Positions 9,571 to 19,318 of a stretch of 64,000 bases of DNA are shown here, one piece after another. Origin of the DNA: Oceanococcus sp. (GTDB taxonomy: Bacteria > Pseudomonadota > Gammaproteobacteria > Nevskiales > Oceanococcaceae); contig JBFJVB010000002.1 in NCBI GenBank assembly GCA_041624435.1, forward strand, positions 2,710 to 66,709. The letters run 5' to 3'. A model generated the notes under the pieces. It made no database searches. It saw nothing but the letters and a program-made list of their open reading frames with translations, and was not told the origin of the DNA. How positions within the stretch are numbered: the first letter of the stretch is position 1; every line of letters begins with the position of its first letter. Position numbers and translations under genes: made by a program.

Positions 9571-11418
9571 TCAAGGCACGCACAGACAATGGGCATACAC
9601 CCCACGGCGGTCCGACCACACCCGGATCGCCCGGTCCACACGCTGCAAGGCGGAACCCACCCAGCCTGCCAGACCGTCCGGCAGCAGGCTGCGAATCGAG
9701 GAGAACCGCTGCAGGAAGCGCAGGCGGATGTCCAGGGCCGGGCGCAGCGGGTCCACATGAAAGCTGTCCAAACCAGCCAGCTCCGCCGCCTGCTCGACCG
9801 CCGCATCGAAATCGCCCAGGGCGTCAATCAGCCCGCGTTCAAGCGCCGCGGCGCCCGTCCAGACCTGCCCCTGGGCAATCCGGTCCACGTCTTCCACCGG
9901 CAGATTTCGCGCGGCCGCAACCTGATTGATGAATTGCTTGTAGTCCTTTTCCACCAGCAGCTGCAATCCTTCCCTGGCGGCGACGGACAAGGGCCGCATC
10001 GGACTCAGGCCACCGGACCAACGGGTGGTCCCCACCCCATCCGTGCTGATGCCGAGCTTGTCCAGACTTTGCTCGAACGTCGGCACCAGACCAAACACGC
10101 CGATGGACCCGGTAATGGTCGTCGCATGCGCCAGGATACGGTTGGCATCCATCGCAATCCAGTAGCCCCCTGAGGCCGCCACGCTCGCCATCGACACCAC
10201 CACCGGACGCCCGCTGTCCCGGTAGCGCACGACGGCGCGCCGAATCTGCTCCGAAGCAAACACGCTGCCTCCGGGGGAGTCCACCCGCAACACCAGAGCG
10301 GCGGAATGCTTATCTTCACGGGCCTGATCGATCAGCCGATGTACCGAGTCACCGCCGGCATAGCCCGGGGCGCTTTCACCCGACACGATCTCACCCTGCA
10401 CCACGATCGTGGAGATGGCGTCCCGACCCGGACCGGGCTCGGCCTTCTTGCCATCGCCATTGAGCTTGTCTTCCCGATCCAGGGCGCGCAGATAGCGGCC
10501 ATGGCTGATCTGCCGGAAACTGCCGTGTTTCTTGTCCATGCCGACAATCTCGCCGGCGGCCAGACGCACATCGTGCAGATCCAGCGTCGCGTCCACCAGA
10601 CCGGAAGCCAGTGCGAGCTTTGCCGGATCACCATCGTGGGTTCTGAGCAGGGCGGCATACTCGTCGCTGTAACGCTGCAAATCATCGATGGTGATCCCGC
10701 GGGCGACCGCAACCTGCTCGCGCCAGCCACGCCAGAGTCCGTCGAGCCAGCCCTGCGCATTTTCCCGCGCCGACTCCGACATGGAATCGCGGGTGAACGG
10801 CTCCACCGCCGACTTGAATTGTCCGACCCGGAATACATTGACGGTCACGCCCAGCTTGTCCAGGGCGCTGCGAAAATAGAGCGGGTAATTCTCGAAGCCC
10901 GGAAAGAACACCATGCCCATCGGGTCAACGAAGATCTTGTCCGCCGCCGCGGCCAGGAAATACTCCTGCTGGCCCATGTCGGGCGAGTACGCGTATACCG
11001 GCTTGCCGCTGAGCTTGAAGCGCACGATGGCGCTGGCCAGTTCCTCCAGCTGCGCCTGGCCGGCCGAAAACCCGGTGTCCAGCTTCAGAAACAACAATTT
11101 GATGCGGGGATCAACCGCCGCCGCGTCAATCGCATCCAGCAGATCGTTCAGGACGGTGGAAAGCGGTTCCTCACCCAGGAATTCCTCGGCTACCCGCGCA
11201 CGCGGATCGGCATCGTCGTGATCGACGATCCGGCCGAAGGGCACGATGACCAGGGCCACCCCATCCTCGACCTTGACCGGAGGACCGCCCTGCCAGACCA
11301 GATAAGCCATTCCCAGGCCAAACAGCAGAAACAGAATGAACAGCGCGCGGCGGAGGAAATCAAAACCGGCACCGATGGCACTAAAAACACGACGCAACAG
11401 CGATTTTTGATCGGACAT
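9571..11418 (-). CDS. sppA: Signal peptide peptidase SppA (long form)
   Basis: N-terminal TM, VG.FKSAVEPF, RVDSPGGS, AASGGYWIA, TGSIGV; start chosen at 11418. Confidence 0.93.
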   Translation of the reverse strand: MSDQKSLLRRVFSAIGAGFDFLRRALFILFLLFGLGMAYLVWQGGPPVKVEDGVALVIVPFGRIVDHDDADPRARVAEEFLGEEPLSTVLNDLLDAIDAAAVDPRIKLLFLKLDTGFSAGQAQLEELASAIVRFKLSGKPVYAYSPDMGQQEYFLAAAADKIFVDPMGMVFFPGFENYPLYFRSALDKLGVTVNVFRVGQFKSAVEPFTRDSMSESARENAQGWLDGLWRGWREQVAVARGITIDDLQRYSDEYAALLRTHDGDPAKLALASGLVDATLDLHDVRLAAGEIVGMDKKHGSFRQISHGRYLRALDREDKLNGDGKKAEPGPGRDAISTIVVQGEIVSGESAPGYAGGDSVHRLIDQAREDKHSAALVLRVDSPGGSVFASEQIRRAVVRYRDSGRPVVVSMASVAASGGYWIAMDANRILAHATTITGSIGVFGLVPTFEQSLDKLGISTDGVGTTRWSGGLSPMRPLSVAAREGLQLLVEKDYKQFINQVAAARNLPVEDVDRIAQGQVWTGAAALERGLIDALGDFDAAVEQAAELAGLDSFHVDPLRPALDIRLRFLQRFSSIRSLLPDGLAGWVGSALQRVDRAIRVWSDRRGVYAHCLCVP

Positions 11419-11504
11419 GAGCTTGATATACGGGCGATGATGCTGCAGTGTACGGCGCGCACTCATTTAGTGCTCGCCCAGCGCCTTCCCGGCACCGGGC
11501 TTCG

Positions 11505-11550
11505 ATTGTTTTTATCTATCTACTCAATAGCAATAATTGTCTTGAGCTAT
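11505..11550 (+). promoter_or_regulatory. Putative OxyR binding site upstream of ahpC
   Basis: ATTG-N7-CTAT-N7-ATAG (11505-11530) plus a further CTAT at 11547-11550, matching the ATAG-N7-CTAT periodicity; AT-rich and upstream of a peroxiredoxin. Confidence 0.65.
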
Positions 11551-11648
11551 TGAACGGGCCGCTTTAAACTGCGCCCACACGGTCGTGGCAGCGTCAGCGT
11601 GCCCGATCCGGTTTCATTCACTCGCAGTATTCATCTAGGAGTTTCCCC

Positions 11649-12251
11649 ATGAGCGTACTTGTAGGTCGCCCCGCCCCCGATTTCACCGCTGCCGCCGTTC
11701 TCGGCGATGGCACGATCAGCGAAGAATTCAAGCTGTCGGATTTCAAGGGCAAATACGTCGTCCTGTTTTTCTACCCGCTCGACTTTACCTTCGTCTGCCC
11801 CTCGGAAATCATTGCCCATGATCACCGGGTCGCCGCCTTTGAAGAGCGTGGCGTGCAGGTGATCGGTGTCTCCATCGACTCGCAGTTCTCCCATTTCGCC
11901 TGGCGCAACACGCCGGTCAACAAAGGCGGCATCGGCCCGGTGAAATTCCCGCTGGTCGCCGACATCAACCACGAAATCGTGACCAGCTATGGCATCGCCC
12001 ATCCGGATGCCGGCGTTGCCATGCGCGCCTCCTTCCTGATCGACCGTGACGGCGTGGTGCAGCATCAGGTGGTCAACAACCTGCCGCTGGGTCGTGAAGT
12101 GGATGAAATGCTCCGGCTTGTCGACGCGCTGCAATTCACCGAAGAGCACGGTGAGGTCTGCCCCGCCGGCTGGCACAAGGGCGACACCGGGATGAAACCC
12201 ACCACCGAAGGTGTTGCTGAATATCTTTCCGGCAACGCTGAAAAACTGTAA
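11649..12251 (+). CDS. ahpC: 2-Cys peroxiredoxin (AhpC/Tsa)
   Basis: FYPLDFTFVCPSE and EVCPAGW motifs. Confidence 0.93.
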   Translation: MSVLVGRPAPDFTAAAVLGDGTISEEFKLSDFKGKYVVLFFYPLDFTFVCPSEIIAHDHRVAAFEERGVQVIGVSIDSQFSHFAWRNTPVNKGGIGPVKFPLVADINHEIVTSYGIAHPDAGVAMRASFLIDRDGVVQHQVVNNLPLGREVDEMLRLVDALQFTEEHGEVCPAGWHKGDTGMKPTTEGVAEYLSGNAEKL

Positions 12252-12269
12252 ATCGACGCACCCGCCCTG

Positions 12270-12300
12270 GGTGGTGACGCTTCGGCGTCACCGCCTTCTT
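12270..12300 (+). terminator. Terminator-like hairpin between ahpC and trxB
   Basis: GGTGGTGACGC-ttcg-GCGTCACCGCC followed by TTCTT. Confidence 0.65.
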
Positions 12301-12302
12301 GA

Positions 12303-13274
<972 letters not shown>

Positions 13275-13308
13275 TCCAGGCGGTCTGCCGCGTGACCACG
13301 GCGGGTCG

Positions 13309-14448
13309 TCAATCCAGGGCATCGCGCGCGATGATCTCTTTCATGATTTCCGAGGTGCCCGCCAGGATGCGATGGATACGTTCGTCCTGGTACATGCGGC
13401 AGATGGGGTATTCGTCCATATAGCCTGCCCCGCCGTGCAACTGCACGCCTAAGTCCACCATGCGGCCATTGAGTTCGCTGGTAATCAACTTCGCCCGCGC
13501 CGCATCCACCGGGGTCAGCTGCCCCTGGTTATGGGCCTCGACCAGCTTGTCCACATAGACCTGCGCCATATCGATTTGTGCATCTTCCTCGGCCATCTTG
13601 AAGCGAGTGTTCTGGAATTTCGACAGGGGCTTGCCGAAGGCCTTGCGTTCCTTGACGAAATCGCGCGTCACCGCAAACGCGTGGCGTGCTCCGGCCAGGT
13701 TGCCGACCGCGGCAATCAAGCGTTCTTCCGCCAAACCCTGCATCAGATGATAGAAACCGGCATGCGGCTGGCCGAGTAAATTGCTCTTGGGCACCTTCAC
13801 ATCATGAAAAAACAGTTCCGCAGTGTCCTGTGACTTCATCCCCATTTTTTTCAGGTTGCGCCCGCGTTCAAACCCTTCCATCCCCCGCTCCACGATCAGC
13901 AGGCTGACCGCGTGAGGCTGATCCGGCTTGGTCCGCGCCGCCACGATGAACACATCGCCGTTGATGCCATTGGAGATATAGGTTTTCGAGCCATTGAGCA
14001 GCCAGTACTCGCCGTGATCTTCCGCACGCGTCTTGATTCCGGCCAGATCGGTTCCGGCATCGGGCTCGGTCATCGCGATACCCAGAATCTTCTGCCCGCT
14101 GATGAAATCCGGCAAAAAGCGCTGCTTCTGCTCTGCGGAGCCGAAATGTTCGAAGTACGGCCCGACCAGTCGGCTATGCAGGGTCATGAAGAAGCCGGCG
14201 TCACCGTGCACGGCATTTTCTTCGATCAGAATCTGTTCATAACGAAAATCTTTCAGCCCCAGGCCACCGTAGGCCTCGTCTGCCCACATGCACAGATAGC
14301 CCATCTCACCGGCCCGCAGATAGGCCGCCCGATCAACGATCCCGGCCTCGCGCCAGGTTTCGCGGTGGGGGCCGATTTCCTTTTGAAAGAATTGCCGGGC
14401 GGAATCGCGAAACAATTCCAGTTCACTCTCAAGCTGGGGTCGCTTCAC
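13309..14448 (-). CDS. Acyl-CoA dehydrogenase (long-chain type)
   Basis: AMTEPDAGTDL, NGSKTYISNG, QLHGGAGYM, GTSEIMK. Confidence 0.93.
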   Translation of the reverse strand: MKRPQLESELELFRDSARQFFQKEIGPHRETWREAGIVDRAAYLRAGEMGYLCMWADEAYGGLGLKDFRYEQILIEENAVHGDAGFFMTLHSRLVGPYFEHFGSAEQKQRFLPDFISGQKILGIAMTEPDAGTDLAGIKTRAEDHGEYWLLNGSKTYISNGINGDVFIVAARTKPDQPHAVSLLIVERGMEGFERGRNLKKMGMKSQDTAELFFHDVKVPKSNLLGQPHAGFYHLMQGLAEERLIAAVGNLAGARHAFAVTRDFVKERKAFGKPLSKFQNTRFKMAEEDAQIDMAQVYVDKLVEAHNQGQLTPVDAARAKLITSELNGRMVDLGVQLHGGAGYMDEYPICRMYQDERIHRILAGTSEIMKEIIARDALD

Positions 14449-14463
14449 GGCCCACTCCTGTAG

Positions 14464-14510
14464 TAATTAGAGTTACCCATAAAAGTATGGTTCGAATATG
14501 ACTCTAATTA
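14464..14510. promoter_or_regulatory. Perfect 10-bp inverted repeat upstream of acyl-CoA dehydrogenase (candidate operator pair)
   Basis: TAATTAGAGT (14464-14473) ... ACTCTAATTA (14501-14510) in an AT-rich intergenic region. Confidence 0.5.
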
Positions 14511-14520
14511 ATATATCACC

Positions 14521-14550
14521 GCAAAAAGGTAATTATTCTTACCCTTTTGC
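14521..14550 (-). terminator. Hairpin downstream of the GGDEF-like gene (possible terminator)
   Basis: GCAAAAAGGTAA-ttattc-TTACCCTTTTGC, one mismatch. Confidence 0.4.
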
Positions 14551-14579
14551 GAGGAATCGGCTGACTTTGTGAACGTTTC

Positions 14580-15530
14580 TCAGTGCCGAATCAAGGATGA
14601 ATCCGTCTGACCGGACAGGCGCGGAGGCACCATCGAGGGATCGACCACACGCACCCCGCCACCGCCACTGCGGGCCGCCCGCATGGCCGCATCGGCAGCA
14701 GTGACCAGCGCCTCCACGCAGTCCCCATCACCTGGCCAGCGCGCCACACCGATACTGGCCAGGCATTGCACTTCCTGGGTATAGATGCTCAGCGGTCGAT
14801 CCACGACCGCAAGTATCCGTTGCGCCGCCTGGGTCACGCTGGCCTCGGTGGTGGACTGATTGAGCAAAACCGCAAACTGATTGCCGTCGATACGATACAG
14901 CGTGTCCTCTTCGCGCAGCACGTGCTTGATGCGCTGGGCCAGAACCTTCAAGGCGGTATCGCCGGCTTGCTGCCCCAGGCTGTCATTGATCTTGCGAAAC
15001 GAGTCAAGACCGATCAGGCCAATCGCCAATTGCTGATTCTGGCTCAGTGCCTCCTCGGTAGCCTCGGCCAGATCACCGTAGAAGCTCGAGCGATTGCGAC
15101 ACCGGGTTAAACCGTCGTGACTTTGCAGAAACTCGTTGCGCGCATGCAGATCCCGATTCCGGCGCTGCAAGGCGGCGTTTTCCAGAACGTAGTGGACGAC
15201 CCGCGCGGTCAATTCCGGCCAGAATTGCTCATAGGCCAGGTACTCTGCCGCACCCAAGCGAATCGCCTGTAACCGGGTTTCGGCAGCCTGGCCGCCCCCC
15301 GCCAGAATCACCGGCCGATGCCGCTGCGCCTGAGTTTGCAGAAATTCATGCGCCAGGCCTGCGTCCTCCTCGGCGTAAATGATCAGATCAATTGATTCCT
15401 GAGGCCGCTGATCCGAAAGAATTTCGTCCGCCGAATGTTGACGGATTCGAGCTCCGCTCAGAGCCGCCTGACACTGCCGTGCCAGAATCTCGCCAATAAT
15501 CGTATCTGCCGCGACGATAACTATGTCCAC
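14580..15530 (-). CDS. Degenerate REC-like + GGDEF-domain protein
   Basis: HDGLT..NR, INDSLG..AGD, ASIG; A-site reads DGNQF; RxxD I-site (REED) intact. Confidence 0.85.
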   Translation of the reverse strand: MDIVIVAADTIIGEILARQCQAALSGARIRQHSADEILSDQRPQESIDLIIYAEEDAGLAHEFLQTQAQRHRPVILAGGGQAAETRLQAIRLGAAEYLAYEQFWPELTARVVHYVLENAALQRRNRDLHARNEFLQSHDGLTRCRNRSSFYGDLAEATEEALSQNQQLAIGLIGLDSFRKINDSLGQQAGDTALKVLAQRIKHVLREEDTLYRIDGNQFAVLLNQSTTEASVTQAAQRILAVVDRPLSIYTQEVQCLASIGVARWPGDGDCVEALVTAADAAMRAARSGGGGVRVVDPSMVPPRLSGQTDSSLIRH

Positions 15531-15598
15531 ATCCTGCTCCCAGGCCGCTGATTCAACATGCCAAGCTACTGGTCGAGACGTGAGTAATTGGTGAAAAT

Positions 15599-15627
15599 GG
15601 AACTATGTGACGGCATCCATCGTCAAT
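15599..15627 (+). promoter_or_regulatory. Putative ECF sigma promoter for the lipoprotein gene
   Basis: GGAACTATGTGACGGCATCCATCGTCAAT = GGAAC-N17-CGT, ending about 30 nt upstream of ATG 15657. Confidence 0.55.
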
Positions 15628-15656
15628 GGGATACCGTTTAAGAAACCTCCTCAGGG

Positions 15657-16019
15657 ATGAATATCATGTACCGATTGTTATCGCTTTGCCCCCTTGTGTT
15701 GCTCCTGGCAGCTTGCGCCCACCAGCCCGGCTCCCAGGTGGCCGATTCCAAGCGCAGCGAGCGCGACCTGAACGATGAGCGCTATCAGTCCAGACAGCAG
15801 CAGGATGAAGAAGCGCGCTGCCAGGCCATCAGCCCCAGCGCTGGCACCACGAGTTCTGGCCAGCCCATGGCCGTCACCGATTGCGATGTCATGGCCGCCG
15901 ACAGAGCCGCCAAGCAACAGACTCAACGCCTGAACGAAGCCACACCGACGGACCCCAGCCGGGGCTTTGACAGTTTCGAGATGCCGCAACTGCCGGCCTC
16001 GCAGCGATTGGGCCTGTAG
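15657..16019 (+). CDS. Hypothetical lipoprotein
   Basis: Signal with lipobox LAAC; two further Cys; convergent on the TPR-barrel gene. Confidence 0.7.
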   Translation: MNIMYRLLSLCPLVLLLAACAHQPGSQVADSKRSERDLNDERYQSRQQQDEEARCQAISPSAGTTSSGQPMAVTDCDVMAADRAAKQQTQRLNEATPTDPSRGFDSFEMPQLPASQRLGL

Positions 16020-16022
16020 GGC

Positions 16023-17300
16023 TCAGAGTTTGCCAATGAGATTGAGCACGACGCGAAAGTGCTCGTAAGTTCGGGCGGAATCTGCGCTGCGATTGTGCTC
16101 GTAGATGAATTCCGTCCGGCTTTTCCAAGTCGTGTCCAGCCGGGTCTCCAGACGCAGCAGCGCCCGCAAGCGGCGCTCGGGCGCTCGACTGCCTGCTGAG
16201 TAATCGGAACGCCGCCACTGCAAGCCAGGACCCAGCTCCCATTGACCCAGTGCAGGGCTGCGCCAATAGACTTCAATGCCATGGCGTAGCGGGGATTTGT
16301 TCGGCACGCGCCGGTCATTGTGCTGGACGCTTACCCGCATCAGGCCGACACCGCTGCCGAGGCGCCGCAGGACCGAAGCCTTGAGGTCCAGCAAGAGTCC
16401 CTCGACTTCCGCCGCGGCGGCGGCTTGCGAATTGAGCCACTCGGCCTTGATCCCGTAACGAAACCAGCCCCCACGCCAGAGGGCCCCATAATCCAGCTCA
16501 AGCCCCAGTCGCAGCTGATACGGTTGCGCGTCCAGCCATTCATGATTCAGCAGCCCGTGGGCGACGAAATTGCGCCCACCCACCAGGTCTGTCCCCCAAT
16601 TCAGTCGACCTCCCACCGAATCGACATTGGCCGCTTTCACGGTATCGTAACCCAGGGTATAGACAGAGACTTCCCCCAACCACTCGCCGTCGTACCAGGG
16701 CATTTTCTCGAAACCAACGCGAGCGGCTGCTTCGTAATAGATATCCGGTATGTCGGTAGGCAGACTCGTCACCTGATCGACCAGCCCGACAACACCAGAA
16801 TCGAACCCGCCGGCGAGCAGAAAGCCGCTGTGCAGACGGCCGCGTCGCGCGGCGGTCAAGCGAGAGCGCGCCTGCCTGGCCAGTTCCGCCACGCGGACTT
16901 CATCGCCGTGCATGGCTTTGGCATACCAGCGCCGGGCTGTGGACCGGTCCCCCCTGCGCTCGGCACACCGGGCCAGATTGTAATGGGCAATCTGACTCGA
17001 CTCGGGAAACTCAGCGGCCCGGGCAAAGTATTTTTCGGCCTGGACATAGTCGCCCAGTCGGTAATTGACCACGCCCAGGTTGTAGTAAAGCTTGGCGGAG
17101 TCAAGCCCCTGACTCAGCGCATCAAGGAACAGGGCCCGAGCCTGCACCAACTGATTGTCGCGAAAGGCGGCAATGCCCGCGCGCAGAGCATCCTGACCAG
17201 GATTCGCCTGCGCCGCAGGCGCATAACTCATCGCACCGAATACCAGCGGCATCAGCAAGAGGAAACTGAAGTGAGGAATCAACCAGGAGTGCCGCGGCAT
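16023..17300 (-). CDS. TPR-repeat outer-membrane beta-barrel protein (Slam/DUF560-like)
   Basis: Signal peptide, TPR helices (YNLGVVNYRLGDY, HYNLARC), barrel start GGFDSGV, alternating beta strands, C-terminal YEHNRS....YEH strand pair. Confidence 0.7.
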   Translation of the reverse strand: MPRHSWLIPHFSFLLLMPLVFGAMSYAPAAQANPGQDALRAGIAAFRDNQLVQARALFLDALSQGLDSAKLYYNLGVVNYRLGDYVQAEKYFARAAEFPESSQIAHYNLARCAERRGDRSTARRWYAKAMHGDEVRVAELARQARSRLTAARRGRLHSGFLLAGGFDSGVVGLVDQVTSLPTDIPDIYYEAAARVGFEKMPWYDGEWLGEVSVYTLGYDTVKAANVDSVGGRLNWGTDLVGGRNFVAHGLLNHEWLDAQPYQLRLGLELDYGALWRGGWFRYGIKAEWLNSQAAAAAEVEGLLLDLKASVLRRLGSGVGLMRVSVQHNDRRVPNKSPLRHGIEVYWRSPALGQWELGPGLQWRRSDYSAGSRAPERRLRALLRLETRLDTTWKSRTEFIYEHNRSADSARTYEHFRVVLNLIGKL

Positions 17301-17451
17301 CTGCCCAGTTTAATCGCAAGCCGGGGCCGAGTGCGCAATCCGCAACATTTCCCGGTGCGGATGCGGTGGTTTGAAACGCTCAGACGAAATCAGACACCCG
17401 GACATTTCGGATCGCAGGCGCCGTGCGACGCCCGATGACCTGACCCTATCC

Positions 17452-17790
17452 CTAGAGCGAGGGCAGCACCACGCTCATCGAATCACCACCCAATGGCAAG
17501 GTATCGGCGTCAATACGCGGCATATCGGCGCCGCGCTCCTGGTCCGTAGAATACAGACCATCATCGACCAGATGGTTGAGCTCGCTCAGACTGGCAGCGT
17601 CCGACTCAAGCCGAGGTGGAGCGTCCGGGTGTCGACCCGACGCGGGCGCAAACGGCAATGCGATGCGGTTAACGATCACCTCATCGAACGACTCTTCCGC
17701 GCCAACCACGTCCATGGTGATGTCAAATTCGTCGGCCCAAACCCAGGCCGGGGCCAGCAACAAGGACAATATCAGTAGTGTTCTCATCAT
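17452..17790 (-). CDS. Small acidic secreted protein of unknown function
   Basis: Signal peptide ending VWA|D; mature N-terminus DEFDITMDVV; 9 nt downstream of the anti-sigma gene. Confidence 0.7.
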   Translation of the reverse strand: MMRTLLILSLLLAPAWVWADEFDITMDVVGAEESFDEVIVNRIALPFAPASGRHPDAPPRLESDAASLSELNHLVDDGLYSTDQERGADMPRIDADTLPLGGDSMSVVLPSL

Positions 17791-17799
17791 GCTAAATCC

Positions 17800-18444
17800 T
17801 CACCCCTGCGCAGGCACACGCAAAGGAATACGCAGAGATTTTGTCGCGGCGCCAAATCGAACCGTCGCTACCAACTCCCCCCCCTCCGGCACGACGCCGA
17901 CCAGGGGCAGGCTCAATACATTCATGCCGGCGCGCAATTGTCCCGTCCAGGCAAACTCGCGCAGTTCGGGCTGATCACGCAACGCCACGTTGTGGGGCAG
18001 AGAAACCGAAAATTCCACCTGCGAGAAGGCCTGCGGCGCATCGATCTTGAGCGCGACCATCTGGGCTGTCCCCATCGGCACTTCGACCATCGCCAGTTGA
18101 TCTGGCAAATCCTGACTCCCACGTCCGAGCATGAACCCAACGCCGCAAACGAACAGCACGGAGGCGGCTATCGACAACCCCTGTTTCAGCCGCTGGACCG
18201 AACTGCGCCCCTGGGCTGCCGCGTCGGCCTCGCGTGCCGCACGCAGAGCGCGCGCCGCAAAGCCTTCCGGCATCGCTGCAACCGGCAGGCTGCGCAAGCA
18301 GCCTCGCAGGGCACGCTCACGCTCCAGGGCCTGCTCACAGGGCTTACATCTGGAAACATGCGCCTCCACCAAGCCCTGTGCTACCGGGCTAAGTTCATCG
18401 CCGACTAATTCGGCGAGCAATTCATGAATGTCTTGGCAGCGCAT
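17800..18444 (-). CDS. Zinc-binding (zf-HC2) transmembrane anti-sigma factor
   Basis: N-terminal C...HxxxCxxC (AHVSRCKPC), single TM, beta-rich periplasmic domain. Confidence 0.85.
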   Translation of the reverse strand: MRCQDIHELLAELVGDELSPVAQGLVEAHVSRCKPCEQALERERALRGCLRSLPVAAMPEGFAARALRAAREADAAAQGRSSVQRLKQGLSIAASVLFVCGVGFMLGRGSQDLPDQLAMVEVPMGTAQMVALKIDAPQAFSQVEFSVSLPHNVALRDQPELREFAWTGQLRAGMNVLSLPLVGVVPEGGELVATVRFGAATKSLRIPLRVPAQG

Positions 18445-18459
18445 CTCGATTGATTCCCT

Positions 18460-19047
18460 TTATCGCACACTGACACGCCTGTCGGCGTCAAAAGGTTCCA
18501 CTTCCTGTGGGTCAGACAAAAATTTTCGCAATTTCGCTCTGGCCCGATGCACCCGGGACTTCAGCGTGCCCAGAGGCACCTCCAGAATCTGCTCCAGTTC
18601 CACCAGAGTATAACCCTCGACATCATGCATCAGAATCAGGGTCCGATGATCGAGACTGAGCTTGTCCAGAGCGCACTGAACATCGGAAATCTCGGCTTTC
18701 AACTGCAGGTCATCCGCAGCGTCGAGTGCACCGCTGTCGCGATCGAGTTCCTGATCTTCGCCCAGATCGGACTCGTTGAGCGGTTCCAGCCGCTTACGCC
18801 GCCATTTGTCAATGAACATGCGGTACAGGACGCGGCAGGCCCAGGGTCGAATTTGTTCGATGGCCTCGAGTTCGGCGCGGCGAGGATACAGCTTGACCAG
18901 AACGTCCTGGACCAATTCCTCCGCTTCCAGTGGATTATTGGTCAAACGACACGCCAGCCGAAACATCGCATCGATATGCGGCGCGAGCCGCTTTTCGAAG
19001 TCGCTTTTCAGCGTGGCCTTGGCCCAGAAACTCAGTATTGCTGCCAT
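18460..19047 (-). CDS. ECF RNA polymerase sigma factor
   Basis: Region 2 AEELVQDVL...W..R, region 4.2 GTLKSRVHRAR; start chosen at 19047. Confidence 0.92.
   Translation of the reverse strand: MAAILSFWAKATLKSDFEKRLAPHIDAMFRLACRLTNNPLEAEELVQDVLVKLYPRRAELEAIEQIRPWACRVLYRMFIDKWRRKRLEPLNESDLGEDQELDRDSGALDAADDLQLKAEISDVQCALDKLSLDHRTLILMHDVEGYTLVELEQILEVPLGTLKSRVHRARAKLRKFLSDPQEVEPFDADRRVSVR
18471..18499 (-). promoter_or_regulatory. Putative ECF promoter embedded in the 3' end of the sigma gene
   Basis: Minus strand GGAACCTTTTGACGCCGACAGGCGTGTCA = GGAAC-N17-CGT, ending 26 nt upstream of the anti-sigma ATG. Confidence 0.6.
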
Positions 19048-19318
19048 AAGTTCTTCAATGTGGCTGGCGCACGTCGCGATGTTGCTCGCAAAGCCCCCAG
19101 TGTGACTCAATTATCAGGCTGAAGGGGGCCCGTCTGCCTGTTTGGGCACGGTTTTGGTCCCAAAGTTCTCCCATGGCCTGGAAGTCTGGCAGGCGGATTG
19201 TGAAATCTAGGTCATGGTCCGTCGGTTCCTGGCCGAACGTCACTGCGCGCGCCAGACACACATCAGCCGACACCGGGCGAATCGCCCGGCGCCGGCCTGT
19301 GGCGCAGCGGAACTCGAG

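Noticed and set aside
14580-15530. Active diguanylate cyclase, or pseudogene
   Set aside because: Catalytic residues are lost, but the ORF is intact with a preserved I-site, so neither call is supported
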